From assembly GCA_002633005.1 (NCBI GenBank), contig NMRA01000228.1, positions 422,120 through 486,119 of the forward strand: a stretch of 64,000 nucleotides of DNA, in the 5' to 3' direction. Below the pieces are notes generated by a model. The model saw nothing but the letters and a program-made list of their open reading frames with translations. It did no database searches and had not been told where the DNA came from. This document shows, piece after piece, positions 37,801 through 50,579 of the stretch. Each line of letters opens with the position of its first letter. The first letter of the stretch is position 1. The translations under genes were made by a program, and so were the position numbers. The stretch is from Phoronis australis (taxonomy: Eukaryota > Animalia > Phoronida).

Positions 37801-39193
37801 TAAAACCATGGAAGAAATGAAAAATATATCACTAAAGGACAATCGATCGTACGCCGGATCGGGCAAGAAAAAGTAAGAACTTATTTCCACCGTGGTCCGT
37901 GAAGTTTAAAACCAGGATAATAATTGCAATAATAAGCAGTGGCGGATTTAAGGGGGGGCGGGGGGGGCAAGGGACCATGCCCCCCTAAAATTGTACCCCA
38001 GATACCATTTGGCAGTTCGGGTGCGAATTGCTGACTAGCACATGCGCAACCAGGGTGGCTCGGGGGCTGAATAAAAAATGCATAGGCCCTGAACAAACCC
38101 CGTTTACCGTTTTTTTTTCTTTTAGTCAAAAGGTTCTCAAACCTAAAAATTCGAGACCCCTGCACCCCTACATAATAACTAAATGCATGAACGTAAAAAT
38201 AAACACATTAATAAAACTAAAAAAACTATAAATATAAATAAATAATTGGATATATAGGAAAGGGACATGTTCAGGACTGAACTACGTAGATTTAAAAATA
38301 AAAAATGTTTGATCACTCACGTTCAAGTTGACGACATAAAAGTTGTTTCAGTGCATATGGTAGAGAAGTTTGAGGAAGATTCTATTTCTAGTAGAGCTGT
38401 TTCATTGTTTGACACTGGTGTAAGAGCTGGCCAAAACTTTTACACAAGGGCATTCACAGTAATGACTGCGGATATTAAGGCGATGAGATTTAAAATGTTC
38501 CCACCATGACCTTGTGTCTCAAAAAGAATTTTATTAATAGGCATCAGAGCACCCACTGAAAATACTACTGGAAGTAGCCTACACAGACAGGAGTTAAAAT
38601 TATTCAGCAAAAGCGGCGTTACGGTGAAGGACTCGCCACCTAGTAAGTGTATTTGCAAATTTTATAAATAACGAACAAGCTGCCTGCATTCTAGGACGGG
38701 TGATGCGTTCCCAAATCGAGTGCTACGACACGTAGGCTTATGCATAGTGTGAGACCGTGATCATTCCATCATGGCAATAATGAATACGAGTGATCCAGGT
38801 TTACTGTTTTCTTTGTCATTTATTATTACAGTGGCGGATCTACGTTTTCAGCAAGGGGGGGTTTAGGATTCCCGCCAAGTCGAATCCTAGGCGCGTGGCG
38901 CCGAGCGGGGGGAGGTCGGGAGGGAGATTTTCCCCTCCCGTGTAAGATATTTTTTGTTTTTGTAGCCAAATAGTGAAATTTCCATGCATCCTGGTAAGTT
39001 TCTGGCAGTTTTTCTTAAGATAATTAAAACCCTTCTCGATTTCGTTACACGAACTTGGCTCATAAGTTTCTTGAAACCATATTGTGCACATCTGGGTATG
39101 AGTCACGCCACCAGCAAAAATTTTTGTTGGAACATCTGCTTACACACACCCTTTTTTAGCATACGAAAAGTCGTATACGAAAAAGTGTGGTGT

Positions 39194-40079
39194 NNNNNNN
39201 NNNNNNNNNNNNNNNNNNNNNNNNNNNNNNNNNNNNNNNNNNNNNNNNNNNNNNNNNNNNNNNNNNNNNNNNNNNNNNNNNNNNNNNNNNNNNNNNNNNN
39301 NNNNNNNNNNNNNNNNNNNNNNNNNNNNNNNNNNNNNNNNNNNNNNNNNNNNNNNNNNNNNNNNNNNNNNNNNNNNNNNNNNNNNNNNNNNNNNNNNNNN
39401 NNNNNNNNNNNNNNNNNNNNNNNNNNNNNNNNNNNNNNNNNNNNNNNNNNNNNNNNNNNNNNNNNNNNNNNNNNNNNNNNNNNNNNNNNNNNNNNNNNNN
39501 NNNNNNNNNNNNNNNNNNNNNNNNNNNNNNNNNNNNNNNNNNNNNNNNNNNNNNNNNNNNNNNNNNNNNNNNNNNNNNNNNNNNNNNNNNNNNNNNNNNN
39601 NNNNNNNNNNNNNNNNNNNNNNNNNNNNNNNNNNNNNNNNNNNNNNNNNNNNNNNNNNNNNNNNNNNNNNNNNNNNNNNNNNNNNNNNNNNNNNNNNNNN
39701 NNNNNNNNNNNNNNNNNNNNNNNNNNNNNNNNNNNNNNNNNNNNNNNNNNNNNNNNNNNNNNNNNNNNNNNNNNNNNNNNNNNNNNNNNNNNNNNNNNNN
39801 NNNNNNNNNNNNNNNNNNNNNNNNNNNNNNNNNNNNNNNNNNNNNNNNNNNNNNNNNNNNNNNNNNNNNNNNNNNNNNNNNNNNNNNNNNNNNNNNNNNN
39901 NNNNNNNNNNNNNNNNNNNNNNNNNNNNNNNNNNNNNNNNNNNNNNNNNNNNNNNNNNNNNNNNNNNNNNNNNNNNNNNNNNNNNNNNNNNNNNNNNNNN
40001 NNNNNNNNNNNNNNNNNNNNNNNNNNNNNNNNNNNNNNNNNNNNNNNNNNNNNNNNNNNNNNNNNNNNNNNNNNNNNNN
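39194..40079. other. Assembly gap (N run)
   Basis: Run of n. Confidence 1.
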
Positions 40080-41514
40080 TCACTTAGTTGGAGCTCACAT
40101 ATGTCTACAGCATTTCTCGTACAAATGGGTCGAGTTCATACCGCCTCAAAGCCGCCGACGAAAGCTCGCTAAGTGGGAAATCGAATTCATAGTCGGATTC
40201 CTTCAAGTACTTGAGTGTGATGCCCACTCACTCTCTCCTCTGTCTGCATACTAATTGTCCTGCTCGCGTTCGCTCAAAATCGTCCTTGTCTTCTGATCTA
40301 CTGTGTTTTTCCTGCTATCGATTGTCAAGTGACCACCCGTCTTCCACCCATTACAGTTTAATTAGTGGGAAATAACTAATTTTCTTCAAAATTAAAAAAA
40401 ATCGCTAATATCTGGCATCAAAAGTGCTTATTTAGTTAGATGTTGTGGTATTCAATTCACATTAGCTAACTGAAACCTCAAAAAACTAAGCCGGAAATTG
40501 TGGGAAGTCTTTAGGGATAGCAATTACAACCATGCAAGTAGGGTTGCTGAAGGATCAACTACCTTTTGAACGGCTCTGCGAGTTCCGCACACCTCTTCTG
40601 AGTAGCAAAAACGCCACGTGAATTCAAAACGGTCGCATTTAGGCTGACTGGGTCTACTGGCGCTTTGGTGGAGGTTAGAGTTACCCCAAATCTACTGGCG
40701 TTTTCGGTAGAACTTTTGTATCCATGCCGCTTACTTCATTAATTGACACCACATGCGCAGGGGTAAGAGGCCTGTCAAGGGTCTATCGGCAGAGCGTATA
40801 ATATGAAAAATTACCCCAAGGTCTTTTCGCCACTAGTAGGCCTAAAATTACTGGCTCGCGCCGGGGTCGCGAACAATATTACTGCCTTTGAACATGATCC
40901 ATATCCATCAGAGACTGGCGGTTTTATCCACATTCTTTTGAGCACAGCGTCTGACTTAGTGATGCGTCACAGAATAATTAGCTAGTGACAAGCCATGCTG
41001 GAAACTACTTTCATGACTTGAATAGCTCAAAGCTTGAGTTTTTGTTCACAAAAATGAACTTGACCAATTTTGAAAATTCAAGAAGCCATGTAGTGAAAAA
41101 TTTACTCACCTATTCTGATTTTATGTTCTCCATAGGTTTTCTTGTCCCAAAAAGAAAATAGAACCTGGATGCCGGCCTTAAGAATCAGTAATGATTGCCA
41201 ACGCACATGTGACCTATGATCGAATACGGAGTTGCACTCTAATGACAACTGTCTATTTGCGAAGGGTTCCAGCTGACCACGTCGTGGCATAGGAGAAATT
41301 CAAAGGATTTCTCAAAATCGATCCTCGGTTATCTCGTTTAAAGGGGCCAGTGGCCAGCGGTTTTCGCCACTCATTTGAACCTATGGGAGGGATACCCCTC
41401 CCGGGAACCCGCCCAGAGCCTATTATGGGGATTTCCGACCTACAGGTCTTTTAATTTGCAATGTAACTAGAGAAAAAGTGGATCTATCTTAGCCTCGGTA
41501 CAGAAAGGAGCGAT

Positions 41515-41895
41515 TCCAATCTATATTCTTACGTCCAGTCTAAACTGCTAGGTGGCAGGCTAGGGCGGTTCCGCATGTTCACCGAGTATTGTTATAGGTT
41601 GCCAGGTCGATCACTTCCCTCCGAAATCTTGAAAAACCTTTACGTCATTGCAAGATCCATTTTGCTTCATATTTGTACAAACGCGAATGTATATAGGTAG
41701 TTGTTTCTTTCCAATTAGGTACTTAGAAGAAGTTATAACTTTCACATTAGATACCTCTTTATTTACGATTGTATAGATTGTGTTATTTTTTGGCAGTAAA
41801 AATATTTCTTAATGCTAATAACCACATATTAAGTTTTTACTGCGCAGTGATCTGTATGTTAGTCATTGGCACTATTTTGTGTCCGCCATTTTTGC
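41515..41895 (+). promoter_or_regulatory. Probable 14-3-3 promoter region: CCAAT (~41516), CRE-like TTACGTCA (~41640), YY1 motif CCGCCATTTT (41883)
   Basis: Motif matches just upstream of ATG 41946; function is inferred only. Confidence 0.4.
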
Positions 41896-41945
41896 CGAAT
41901 TGAGAAGTCGGGTTTGTGATATCTCCATTTCCTTGAAATTCCACG

Positions 41946-42275
41946 ATGTCTTCGGGATCGCCGTTGCAAAATGACCCACTCATTCAAAAAGCTAGAATTG
42001 CTGAAACTGCAGAGCGTTATGAAGATATGGCAGCCTTCATGAAACAGTGCACCCAAACACCAGGGAATCCAGCAAAATTCGAGAACGACGAGAGGAATTT
42101 GTTATCCGTCGCGTACAAAAATGTTGTCGGCGCTAAAAGGTCGTCTTGGAGAGTAATAAAAAGCATTGTAGAAAAAGCGAAAGCAGATGGTGCTGCTTCA
42201 TCGAAAGAAGAAAAGGCTGAAGAATACCGAAAGAAAATTGAAGATGAGTTAAGGGACATCTGCAGTGAGGTTTTG
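41946..42275 (+). CDS. 14-3-3zeta: 14-3-3 protein (zeta-type, non-epsilon), exon 1
   Basis: [42 protein letters not shown]; donor GTAAGT. Confidence 0.97.
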
Positions 42276-45200
42276 GTAAGTTGACCTTGTCCTCAACTTA
42301 GTCAAGCGCTATCTACGTGGGTTGGGCTGGTGAACTAAGTTGAGACGAAACGGGCGTGCGCTCTGTAAACGGTTTTTTCATTCAAGGTCCCACTTTCGTT
42401 TCAATTTTATAGGTTTCAGGTCTTCTAATAAATTTCCTGACAATTTCGATTTGGGAAATTTTGGATTGTTAGGCAACATAGGCCACAAAGCGTAATGGGC
42501 ATTACCAGGTGGCAGGTTACTGCTTGCAATCCAACTCCATTAACGTACATACTTGATATTACTATATTGTGAATCCTCGTCATGGTGATTCCAAAACTGT
42601 ATTGCTCAGTTTTCTCCCCAATTATAATTCCTAACTCGATGCAAATTTTTAGAGGAACATTTTCAGACTTTGCTGAAATAAACGCCCAGCCCTTGAACGC
42701 ATACATGCGAAAAATGCCTTACCTACAGTTCTAAAATTCTACAGTTATGTTTTCAATTTATCAACAAGGTCTGGTAGTCCTGAAAAAATCATCGCGTGCG
42801 AAATATGTAGACCACCAGCCTCGCCCCTATGTCTGTATTTAGTCTTGACTATACTACTCAAACTTCCGCCATGCTTCAAAAAGAACGCAAAAGTTTTGCT
42901 GATCTTGCAAGAAATGTGTGCCACTAACTGTGTGTCCTTTTAGAACATACACATCGTGCTTGACAATTAGATTACATCTTTCCCATACAGACTCCATATC
43001 TTTTCCCTCAGCAGGATTCCAAATTTCTTTGTACACATGAAAACCGCTAATCGAATACTACAGGTTTCGGGTACGTCGCAGAGCGTAAATTTGACGAATC
43101 CTGTCTTCCGATTTCACCCGTTTCGGTGACCGGGCTTCAACCGTCTTGGGTAGGCTACAAATAGCGCTGTGCCGCTTTGCTTTGAGGCTGAGAGCTGAAG
43201 TCCCTTGCCAGGCAAAGTTTTAAACCTGGTGCCGCAATTTTTAAACTTGATGCGCCTTGCCGAAACTCGTCGCGGCAAAATCCAAACTCATTACTGCGAT
43301 AAGTCGGAACAGGTGTCAGGTGGTGGAAAACACTGTTACTTGTACCGATTGGTTCTCTCTTGTCCATAAATTAGTTTTTCTAAGGCATTCATTTGTAACT
43401 CAGATTTAGTGAGACAGCCATTTTTAAAAGTGCGATGCCTCTTGACAGGAATGATAAGTAATAGTTAACCTAGAATAAAGTTGGTTCGATGCAGAATGTG
43501 TTTCTGTGTTAGTTTATTTTAGCCTGCCAGTGGTATTAGTTATTGCTAACTTCCACTTGTCTTATTTGAAACAGTTTTTATCTCTGAGATGACGCATGTC
43601 CGCCATAACCGATAAATGTCCATGAGAAGTCAAGTGTTTTTGAGGACGACATTTGTCTGCAAGAACACACTTTTTTTTCTAAAAGAAGTTTTGAAGAGGC
43701 ACCTCTTTCCGTTTTCTACTCAGGAGTTTCCCTAATGTACCACCTGGTATCATCAATATAGTAGACAATTTTTGGGTTGTGCAACACACTTGATCATTGT
43801 AGTTATCATTCCTGCCGACAGTTGTCGCACTTTTATATTGGCTGTCACCCTAGATCAGCTTACTAGCAAATGAACACCTCGGAAAAACACTGAATGGGCG
43901 AATAAGAAGAGACCAGTTGGTACGAGTAATACATTTTTGGAATCACCATAACGAGAAGATTCAGAAAATAGTGATATAAAGTATGTACATTAATGGAATT
44001 GGATTGTAAACAATAATCCATCACCATGTCACCACTACATGGTGAAATGGCTATAACCATAGATATGTACCAGTATGTGAGTACCGATGTGAAAGAAGTG
44101 CGTCGATTTAGTAATCTGCCGTTGGAGTCTGTCATTGGGACGACAGTACTCCCCATCACACTATGGATTCATTTAAACCTCGTGTATAATTAAGTGACAA
44201 GAGCCGAGTTCCGGCTACCAAACTAAAAAGTTTTCATCTCGTCAAACATTTTGTTCTAAAAATATCAGGTTTAAAAACACTTATTTTCATCAGCTATCTG
44301 TTCTGGTTCAGCCTGGTTGATGCCTTGATGGAGTATGTCTGTTGGAATTAAGACAGGTGTCATAAAGAATAAGGTCAGCGTTAACTTTTTCACTGCATGT
44401 AATAAGTGTCACAAGAGTTTGGACAGGCAAATTATCTGTTTAAGCCTTAGCAATTAAGTGTCAGTGGGAAAATCCACTGTGGCTGGATCAGGCCATACCA
44501 GAGGGGGTGTGACTGCCTAACCTTATGCAGCCATAACTATATGCGACTCAATTACTGTAGGGCCCTCGGAAAGGTGCTTGTGATTGGAAATTTTTTCCTG
44601 TAAGGGTAAAATTCTTTAACAGAAGGATTTAGAGTCAAGAATGATCCCATGGGGTCTTGCGGATAAAAGGGGTGGATTCTTTCCGATACCATTATTGGCA
44701 CCCAGAGCACCTTCATTAGCCATGGGCTTTCATTATGTGCACTCGTACTCGTGGGGTGCACATTGCCATCATCTCTGTCTTGTAGAAAGGTCCCCCTTTT
44801 GTGACCTCCCCATAACCCTCTGTACATTTTCGTATGACCGTGAGCACATGGACTGTAATGGAGTTCAGTTTCCAATTTTGTTGACATAATGAAAAACTAT
44901 TAGGTAAAAATGTTGATTGCAAGAGTATTTGATTTCATGGAAGGATTTAGACTCCAACTTCCTCCAAAGGTGTCCATCTGCACTTGAAATGTTCATATAG
45001 TAACATGACTTTGACAGTTATGTCAGGGTTAAGCGTAATTTGTAGAAAATATTCTGTCATACAGGATGTGTCACTTCCTACTCAATGTTAGTGTCCTATC
45101 TGCATCTGTAGCTCCTTAACCCCTTGCAGGATCTTCATGAAATTTGACAGGTGTGTTCTTATAAAACTAATGACAGATGGCCACAGCTCTCAGATGGATC

Positions 45201-45340
45201 CCAGGATAAGACTATTGCTGGGTCCCCTAATCGAAATTTTAGCCTTCAACAAGGGGAAAATTCTCAAGCTGTCAGTTTGGACCTCGAAAAAATTCCAGGT
45301 TGAAACCAGGGAATCAAGATTGAAAATCGTTACTGTTTTT

Positions 45341-46465
45341 ATGCGCCCACATATTTATATGTGGGTGTATATTGCCATCATCTCTGTCTGGGCATCCGTG
45401 CGTCCGACGTCCGCTGCTGTATCTCCTAAACCCCTTGCAGGATCTTATTAAAATTTGGCAGGGCTGTGTGTTCCTATGGGGTTCACGACAAAGGGCGAAC
45501 AGTTTCGGACGGACCCGAATAACTCTGTGTCCCCTAGTGGCAATTTTAGTTTTTTATGAGTCCGTTTTTTGGTGTCTGGCCCTCTGTCAACCAAACTACA
45601 CTAAGAACGATTGCCGAAATTGGCATGTATGTTCTTACTATGAAGAGGACGGTTGATGATGATTTTCCGACGACTTTTGACTACTGTTGTGCTTACTAGT
45701 GGCAGTATGTCGTAAACGCTCTCCAGGATCTTTATTAAATGTAGCAAATGTGTTTATATGAAGTTAACAACAGAAGACGATGATTTTCAGACAGGTTCGA
45801 CTAACACTGCCCCTAGTGGCAATTTCATTTTTTTCTGTTTTCCTGTTTCTCTGAAGTTCCTCAACAAATTTTCATGAAATTTGTTAAATAGTTTTCTTTT
45901 AATCAAAGAAACGGTGATATTTTCCGGTTTTCAGATGGATTTGACATATTTTGTGCCATCTAGTGGCCATTTTTACTGTTTTCTAGTTTGTTTTTGCTGT
46001 CTGCCCTTTGTGAACCAAACCACTCTTAGGATGATTGTGAAAATTGGCTTATATATTGTTAGTGTGAAGACGACGTTATGATTTTCCAGCTTCAATTACT
46101 GTGACGCCTCCTAGTGGCAGTTTTTTGTGCCCTTAGCTGTATCTCCTAACCCTTCTGCAGAATGTTTATTAAATTTAGCAAGTGTATTTACATGATGTTG
46201 ACAACGGAAGACGGCAACTTTCAGACAGATCTGATGAACCTTTGTCCCCCTGGTGGCAATTTCATTTTTTCCCTTTTGCTAATGGTTCTTGACAGATTTT
46301 CATGAAGTGTGGTAAATAGCTTTCTGGTGACATTTTCCAGTTTTTTGATGGATTCGAAATATTTTGCACTGGTGGCCATTTTTATGACAAAAATAAACAC
46401 CCTATAAGCACACCATTTGCAGTGCATTCGTAGGTGCATTTCAAAGCTCCTCTGTTGCTCTTGTT
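45341..46465 (+). mobile_element. HINE/DINE-1-like element in 14-3-3 intron 1
   Basis: ttttt-atgcgcccacatat-tt-atatgtgggtgtat palindrome, GTCC-type microsatellite (tccgtgcgtccgacgtccg), ccctagtggc units, 3' end gttgctcttgtt. Confidence 0.8.
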
Positions 46466-46925
46466 CAATATCATTGGAGTCTGGGTTGATATTTATGTCT
46501 ATTTCCTTGGTTTGCCTTGAAAAGCAAACTTTGAAGTTGTGATAAAACTTTCTTTATCAATGTTCTTTTCCATTTAAATGGGATACTTGATAAGTTGAGT
46601 CTTTTAATTTTGAGAAGGGCTTGACGTTTGGCGTAACATCAACTCGCCAAATGTAACCTGGAAAATTCCTGGGCCAAACGGGAAATGAGGTTGTCAAAAC
46701 GAGGAAACCACGTATGGGGGAGGGCTGTGAAAGTCCTGGAATTGAAGAACCTGAGAGCTTATCAAATGTGTGTCCTGGTGGCTTTGTTTAGTGAAGTTGG
46801 GAGGAGTGTCGCATGTTCATTAACGACCAATTTTCAACCTAGGGGTGAGAGGTGGGGGTGGGCAAACAACATCCCTCGCAGGGTTTTCTCCTAAGGCAAA
46901 ACCAGACGATTGCCACACATTACTT

Positions 46926-48962
46926 CAGGGATATACCTAGGTTTCCAAACCCGCTCGCCAGCAGGGCAAGTGAGCCAGAAAATGTACTCGCCCAGCCCTA
47001 AGTTCAGTCACCCGGCTGTTTGTGTCACTTGCTGCCAATGTCAATAAAAATCAGTGTTTCATGCGTTCATGTCACCATCTATTAGGACTAATATCGTTTT
47101 TAGAAAATGAATTCCTACCAAGAAACTTCTGACGTTAATGAATTCCCAGCAACGCAAGACGTTGCCTTGCCGCAAAGCTACATGCAGTGTAGTAATATAG
47201 GCTACATGTACATCGCCGATGTGGGTAAAAAACTGACCAGATAAAATTTGACACAAAAATAAGTTTTATTTAAAACTGCATTCTTCCTCAATCCTGACAC
47301 CAAAATGGAAGCGCCTAACCAAAAGCAACAACGCAAGAAATAAACTTGTCATTAAGCGCAAGTCAAACATTCTGTCCACATCCATGTGGTCAAAAACTTA
47401 TTCTTTAAACTTTTGATTTGCCTGGTGACTTTTTACGTGATGTGTGTTTGCTTCATTATTTTAGCAGCAACCAGCACCCCTATGCTAATATCATGGAATT
47501 ATTGACCACATGCCTTGAACAAGTTTGGTGTTGACTTTGAACTAAAAAGGAAAAAGAAATATACTAATGTATTTAAAATGTTATATTGTTCAAACTAAGT
47601 TCAAAGTATTCACTTAGAAGACCTGTCAATCATTAGCAGTGTTTGGTTGCTTAACTATAAGTTCAAAGTATTCAGTAAGAAGACCTGTCAATCGTAAGCA
47701 GTGTTTGGTTGCCTAAGTGCCCAGGGGGAAGCAAATCTTTACAAAATCAAGCGCTTCTCTTAGAAATACACTGCGAACTAGCTGAATCTTGCTTGATCTG
47801 TCTTTTCTCTCAAGAAACTTGTCCTACCCGAACGCATGCCTACCTGTAGAAATACCTTAGTTCTAAGAAATGACAAACAGCCACTGAGATATGTAAAAAC
47901 CCAATCACGCTCGGGATGACGACGCAACTGTACCGTGCACTACAGGCCGTTGGAAGTCCGTTACTTCAATCCCCCAACCTATCTTTTAACTGATATGCTT
48001 GAAGTCCGACGTCAGTGTAGCTCCGTGAGGGTAAAATCGTTCCTCCGTGCAGTAAGCAACAACTCAAGATTTCAAATATTTCTATTTTAACCGCCCATAC
48101 TCGGCTTACCGCCCAGCCCCTGTTTTTTAGATTCCCAATTTGATCGCCCTGGGCGGTATCACTCACTGAGAAACGCTGTGCTGTATTGCTCAATCATATG
48201 GCTGGAACAAAATACGGAAAAAAAAACTTTGCATCGGGAAATCGTATGGCCGCACCAAATAGACTATGCAAGTATGATCAATCTGTTTAAAATTGCGATA
48301 CTTTATTTTGCTAATAATGATAACTCGGAAAACCATTTTAATGTATATTATGTGTTTTCAATGTTATTATTTTTAAAATAAATTTGGCTAAAATGACATT
48401 GTTCATTATAATAAGAAATCAGATCCAAGAAATATGGTATTTCACTTGCTGTCGTCCCCCTTTACCCCCTTTTTCTTCATTTCGGACTAGTCCACAAATT
48501 CCTTTGTGCACGACCATCAACTGTGATCTCTTGTCTAGACGAATCGCGTAAGGGGTGACATCTACAGAATCGGTAGGAGCGCGCAGCGCTGATGTTTTTT
48601 ACAGCCGGAGCATCGACACGCTAACCAAGCTGAACCTTTGTTTTCATTATAAAAACAGCAGAAGGAGGAGAAAATTTATTCATGTTCATCTGGGAAATGA
48701 TAGGATAGAGTGCTTTTGCACTCTGAAAATTTGCTCGCCACCTGGGCAACCGGAAAGACAATTTCTACTCGCCCAACACCATTTTTACTCGCATCGGTGA
48801 CTGGGCGAGTGGCTATAAGTATATCCCTGGTGACTGGGCGAGTGGCTAAGTACTATATCCTTGGTGACTGGGCGAGTGGCTAAGTACTATATCCCTGGTG
48901 ACTGGGCGAGTGGCTAAGTACTATATCCCTGGTGACTGGGTGAGTGGCTAAGTATATCCCTG
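46926..48962 (+). mobile_element. ~2-kb non-autonomous hAT-like element, TIR CAGGGATATAC / GTATATCCCTG
   Basis: 11-bp TIR, subterminal tactcgccc motifs at both ends, flanks tactt/tagtt (5-bp TSD with 1 mismatch), and an internal ~62-bp direct repeat at about 47597-47717. Confidence 0.7.
48796..48962. repeat. Five 33-34-bp tandem copies of the element's right terminus
   Basis: ggtgactgggcgagtggctaagta(c)tatatccct units start at 48796, 48829, 48863, 48897 and 48931. Confidence 0.92.
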
Positions 48963-49109
48963 TAGTTGTGTGTGACTAATGGATGAGCCCTCCTGTTTTT
49001 GCTGTTCAGAATGATTCTGACTCCTATCTGTGTACTTCCAGTAGTATTTTGAGGAGGTGGTGCTCTGATGCCTGTGTGGCGATTTTCAGAATTTTTTCCA
49101 GGTCACAGG

Positions 49110-50180
49110 TCATCAAACAAAGTCTGAGGTCTTCAGATCCAGTCTTGCTGAATCTAGAGAAATGGCCTTGTTTAACACAAAATGCATAAAATTCAAGCAA
49201 ATATACAAGAGGGCAAAGGCCCTGAAAGAATTATTAGGCCTAATTATTGATTCTGTCTGCAGCAACTTGGCAAGAATACAGATTGGTGTCTGTCGGGTCT
49301 ACGTACTCTACAGCATTCATGTTTTGATTTTTCATCCAAAATTACATTTCCCTCCAAACTGATAAGCCTGCCTTGTCATTTGTAATTTTGTATTCAAAAT
49401 AGCTGTCATCAGTTGCAGTGTGCAAACTGCAATGAAGATTTGTTGATCATAAGAGTTGAAGAGAATTTGGTTGATAATGTAATCCCTGCTCTATAAGAGA
49501 TTTGTCCTGGCCACAAATGCCCGTTAGGTTTATCTGGATTGCAAGACAAATGATTAAAATAATGTTGTATAGTGATTAATGGTACTAAAGTATGTTTCAT
49601 TCCTCTGTAGTAAAGTGATTATGATATGCTCAGCAAAGGAAATGNTCATCAAACAAAGTCTGAGGTCTTCAGATCCAGTCTTGCTAAATCTAGAGAAATG
49701 GCCTTGTTTAACACAAAATGCATAAAATTCAAGCAAATATACAAGAGGGCAAAGGCCCTGAAAGAATTACTAGGCCTAATTATTGATTCTGTCTGCAGCA
49801 ACTTGGCAAGAATACAGATTGGTGTCTGTCGGGTCTACGTACTCTACAGCATTCATGTTTTGATTTTTCATCCAAAATTACATTTCCCTCCAAACTGATA
49901 AGCCTGCCTTGTCATTTGTAATTTTGTATTCAAAATAGCTGTCATCAGTTGCAGTGTGCAAACTGCAATGAAGATTTGTTGATCATAAGAGTTGAAGAGA
50001 ATTTGGTTGATAATGTAATCCCTGCTCTATAAGAGATATGTCCTGGCCACAAATGCCCGTTAGGTTTATCTGGATTGCAAGACAAATGATTAAAATAATG
50101 TTGTATAGTGATTAATGGTACTAAAGTATGTTTCATTCCTCTGTAGTAAAGTGATTATGATATGCTCAGCAAAGGAAATG
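49110..50180. repeat. 536-bp near-identical tandem duplication joined by a single n (likely assembly or haplotype artefact)
   Basis: 49110-49644 versus 49646-50180, about 3 substitutions seen, n at 49645. Confidence 0.9.
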
Positions 50181-50360
50181 TGTGATCTTGTTGTTTCTGT
50201 GAAAAGTGAGTAAAATGGACGATTGTGATTAGAAAACATGGTGTACCATCTTTTCTACATTTTGATATTTGCACTAGGATAACTGTGTATATAGTCTTGA
50301 TTTGTCGTATACAGCAGGGATTTAAATCATTATATAAGGTTTTGAAATTTTTAATTTCAG

Positions 50361-50499
50361 GATCTTCTGGAAAATCATCTCTTACCAAGTGTGTCTGAAG
50401 ATGAGAAGCAGATACTCAGTAAGGTATTCTATCTGAAAATGAAAGGTGACTACTACCGGTATCTTGCTGAAGTGGAAAGAAATGCGGAGAAAGAGAAAG
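50361..50499 (+). CDS. 14-3-3zeta: 14-3-3 exon 2
   Basis: [19 protein letters not shown]; phase-1 donor GTGGGT. Confidence 0.97.
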
Positions 50500-50579
50500 G
50501 TGGGTAACTTTGTCATATACCAGTAGTAAATTTAGTGTTGAAACCTGCATTATTATTACAATTAGAACTGTTGCTGTTT

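Noticed and set aside
48796-48962. CRISPR-like array of ~34-bp repeats
   Set aside because: The units are head-to-tail with no unique spacers, there are no cas genes, the site is a eukaryotic intron, and the unit equals a transposon end.
49110-50180. 536-bp tandem duplication with twin ORFs
   Set aside because: The copies are nearly identical and joined by a single n, typical of a contig-overlap or haplotype artefact. The ORFs are intronic and do not look coding.
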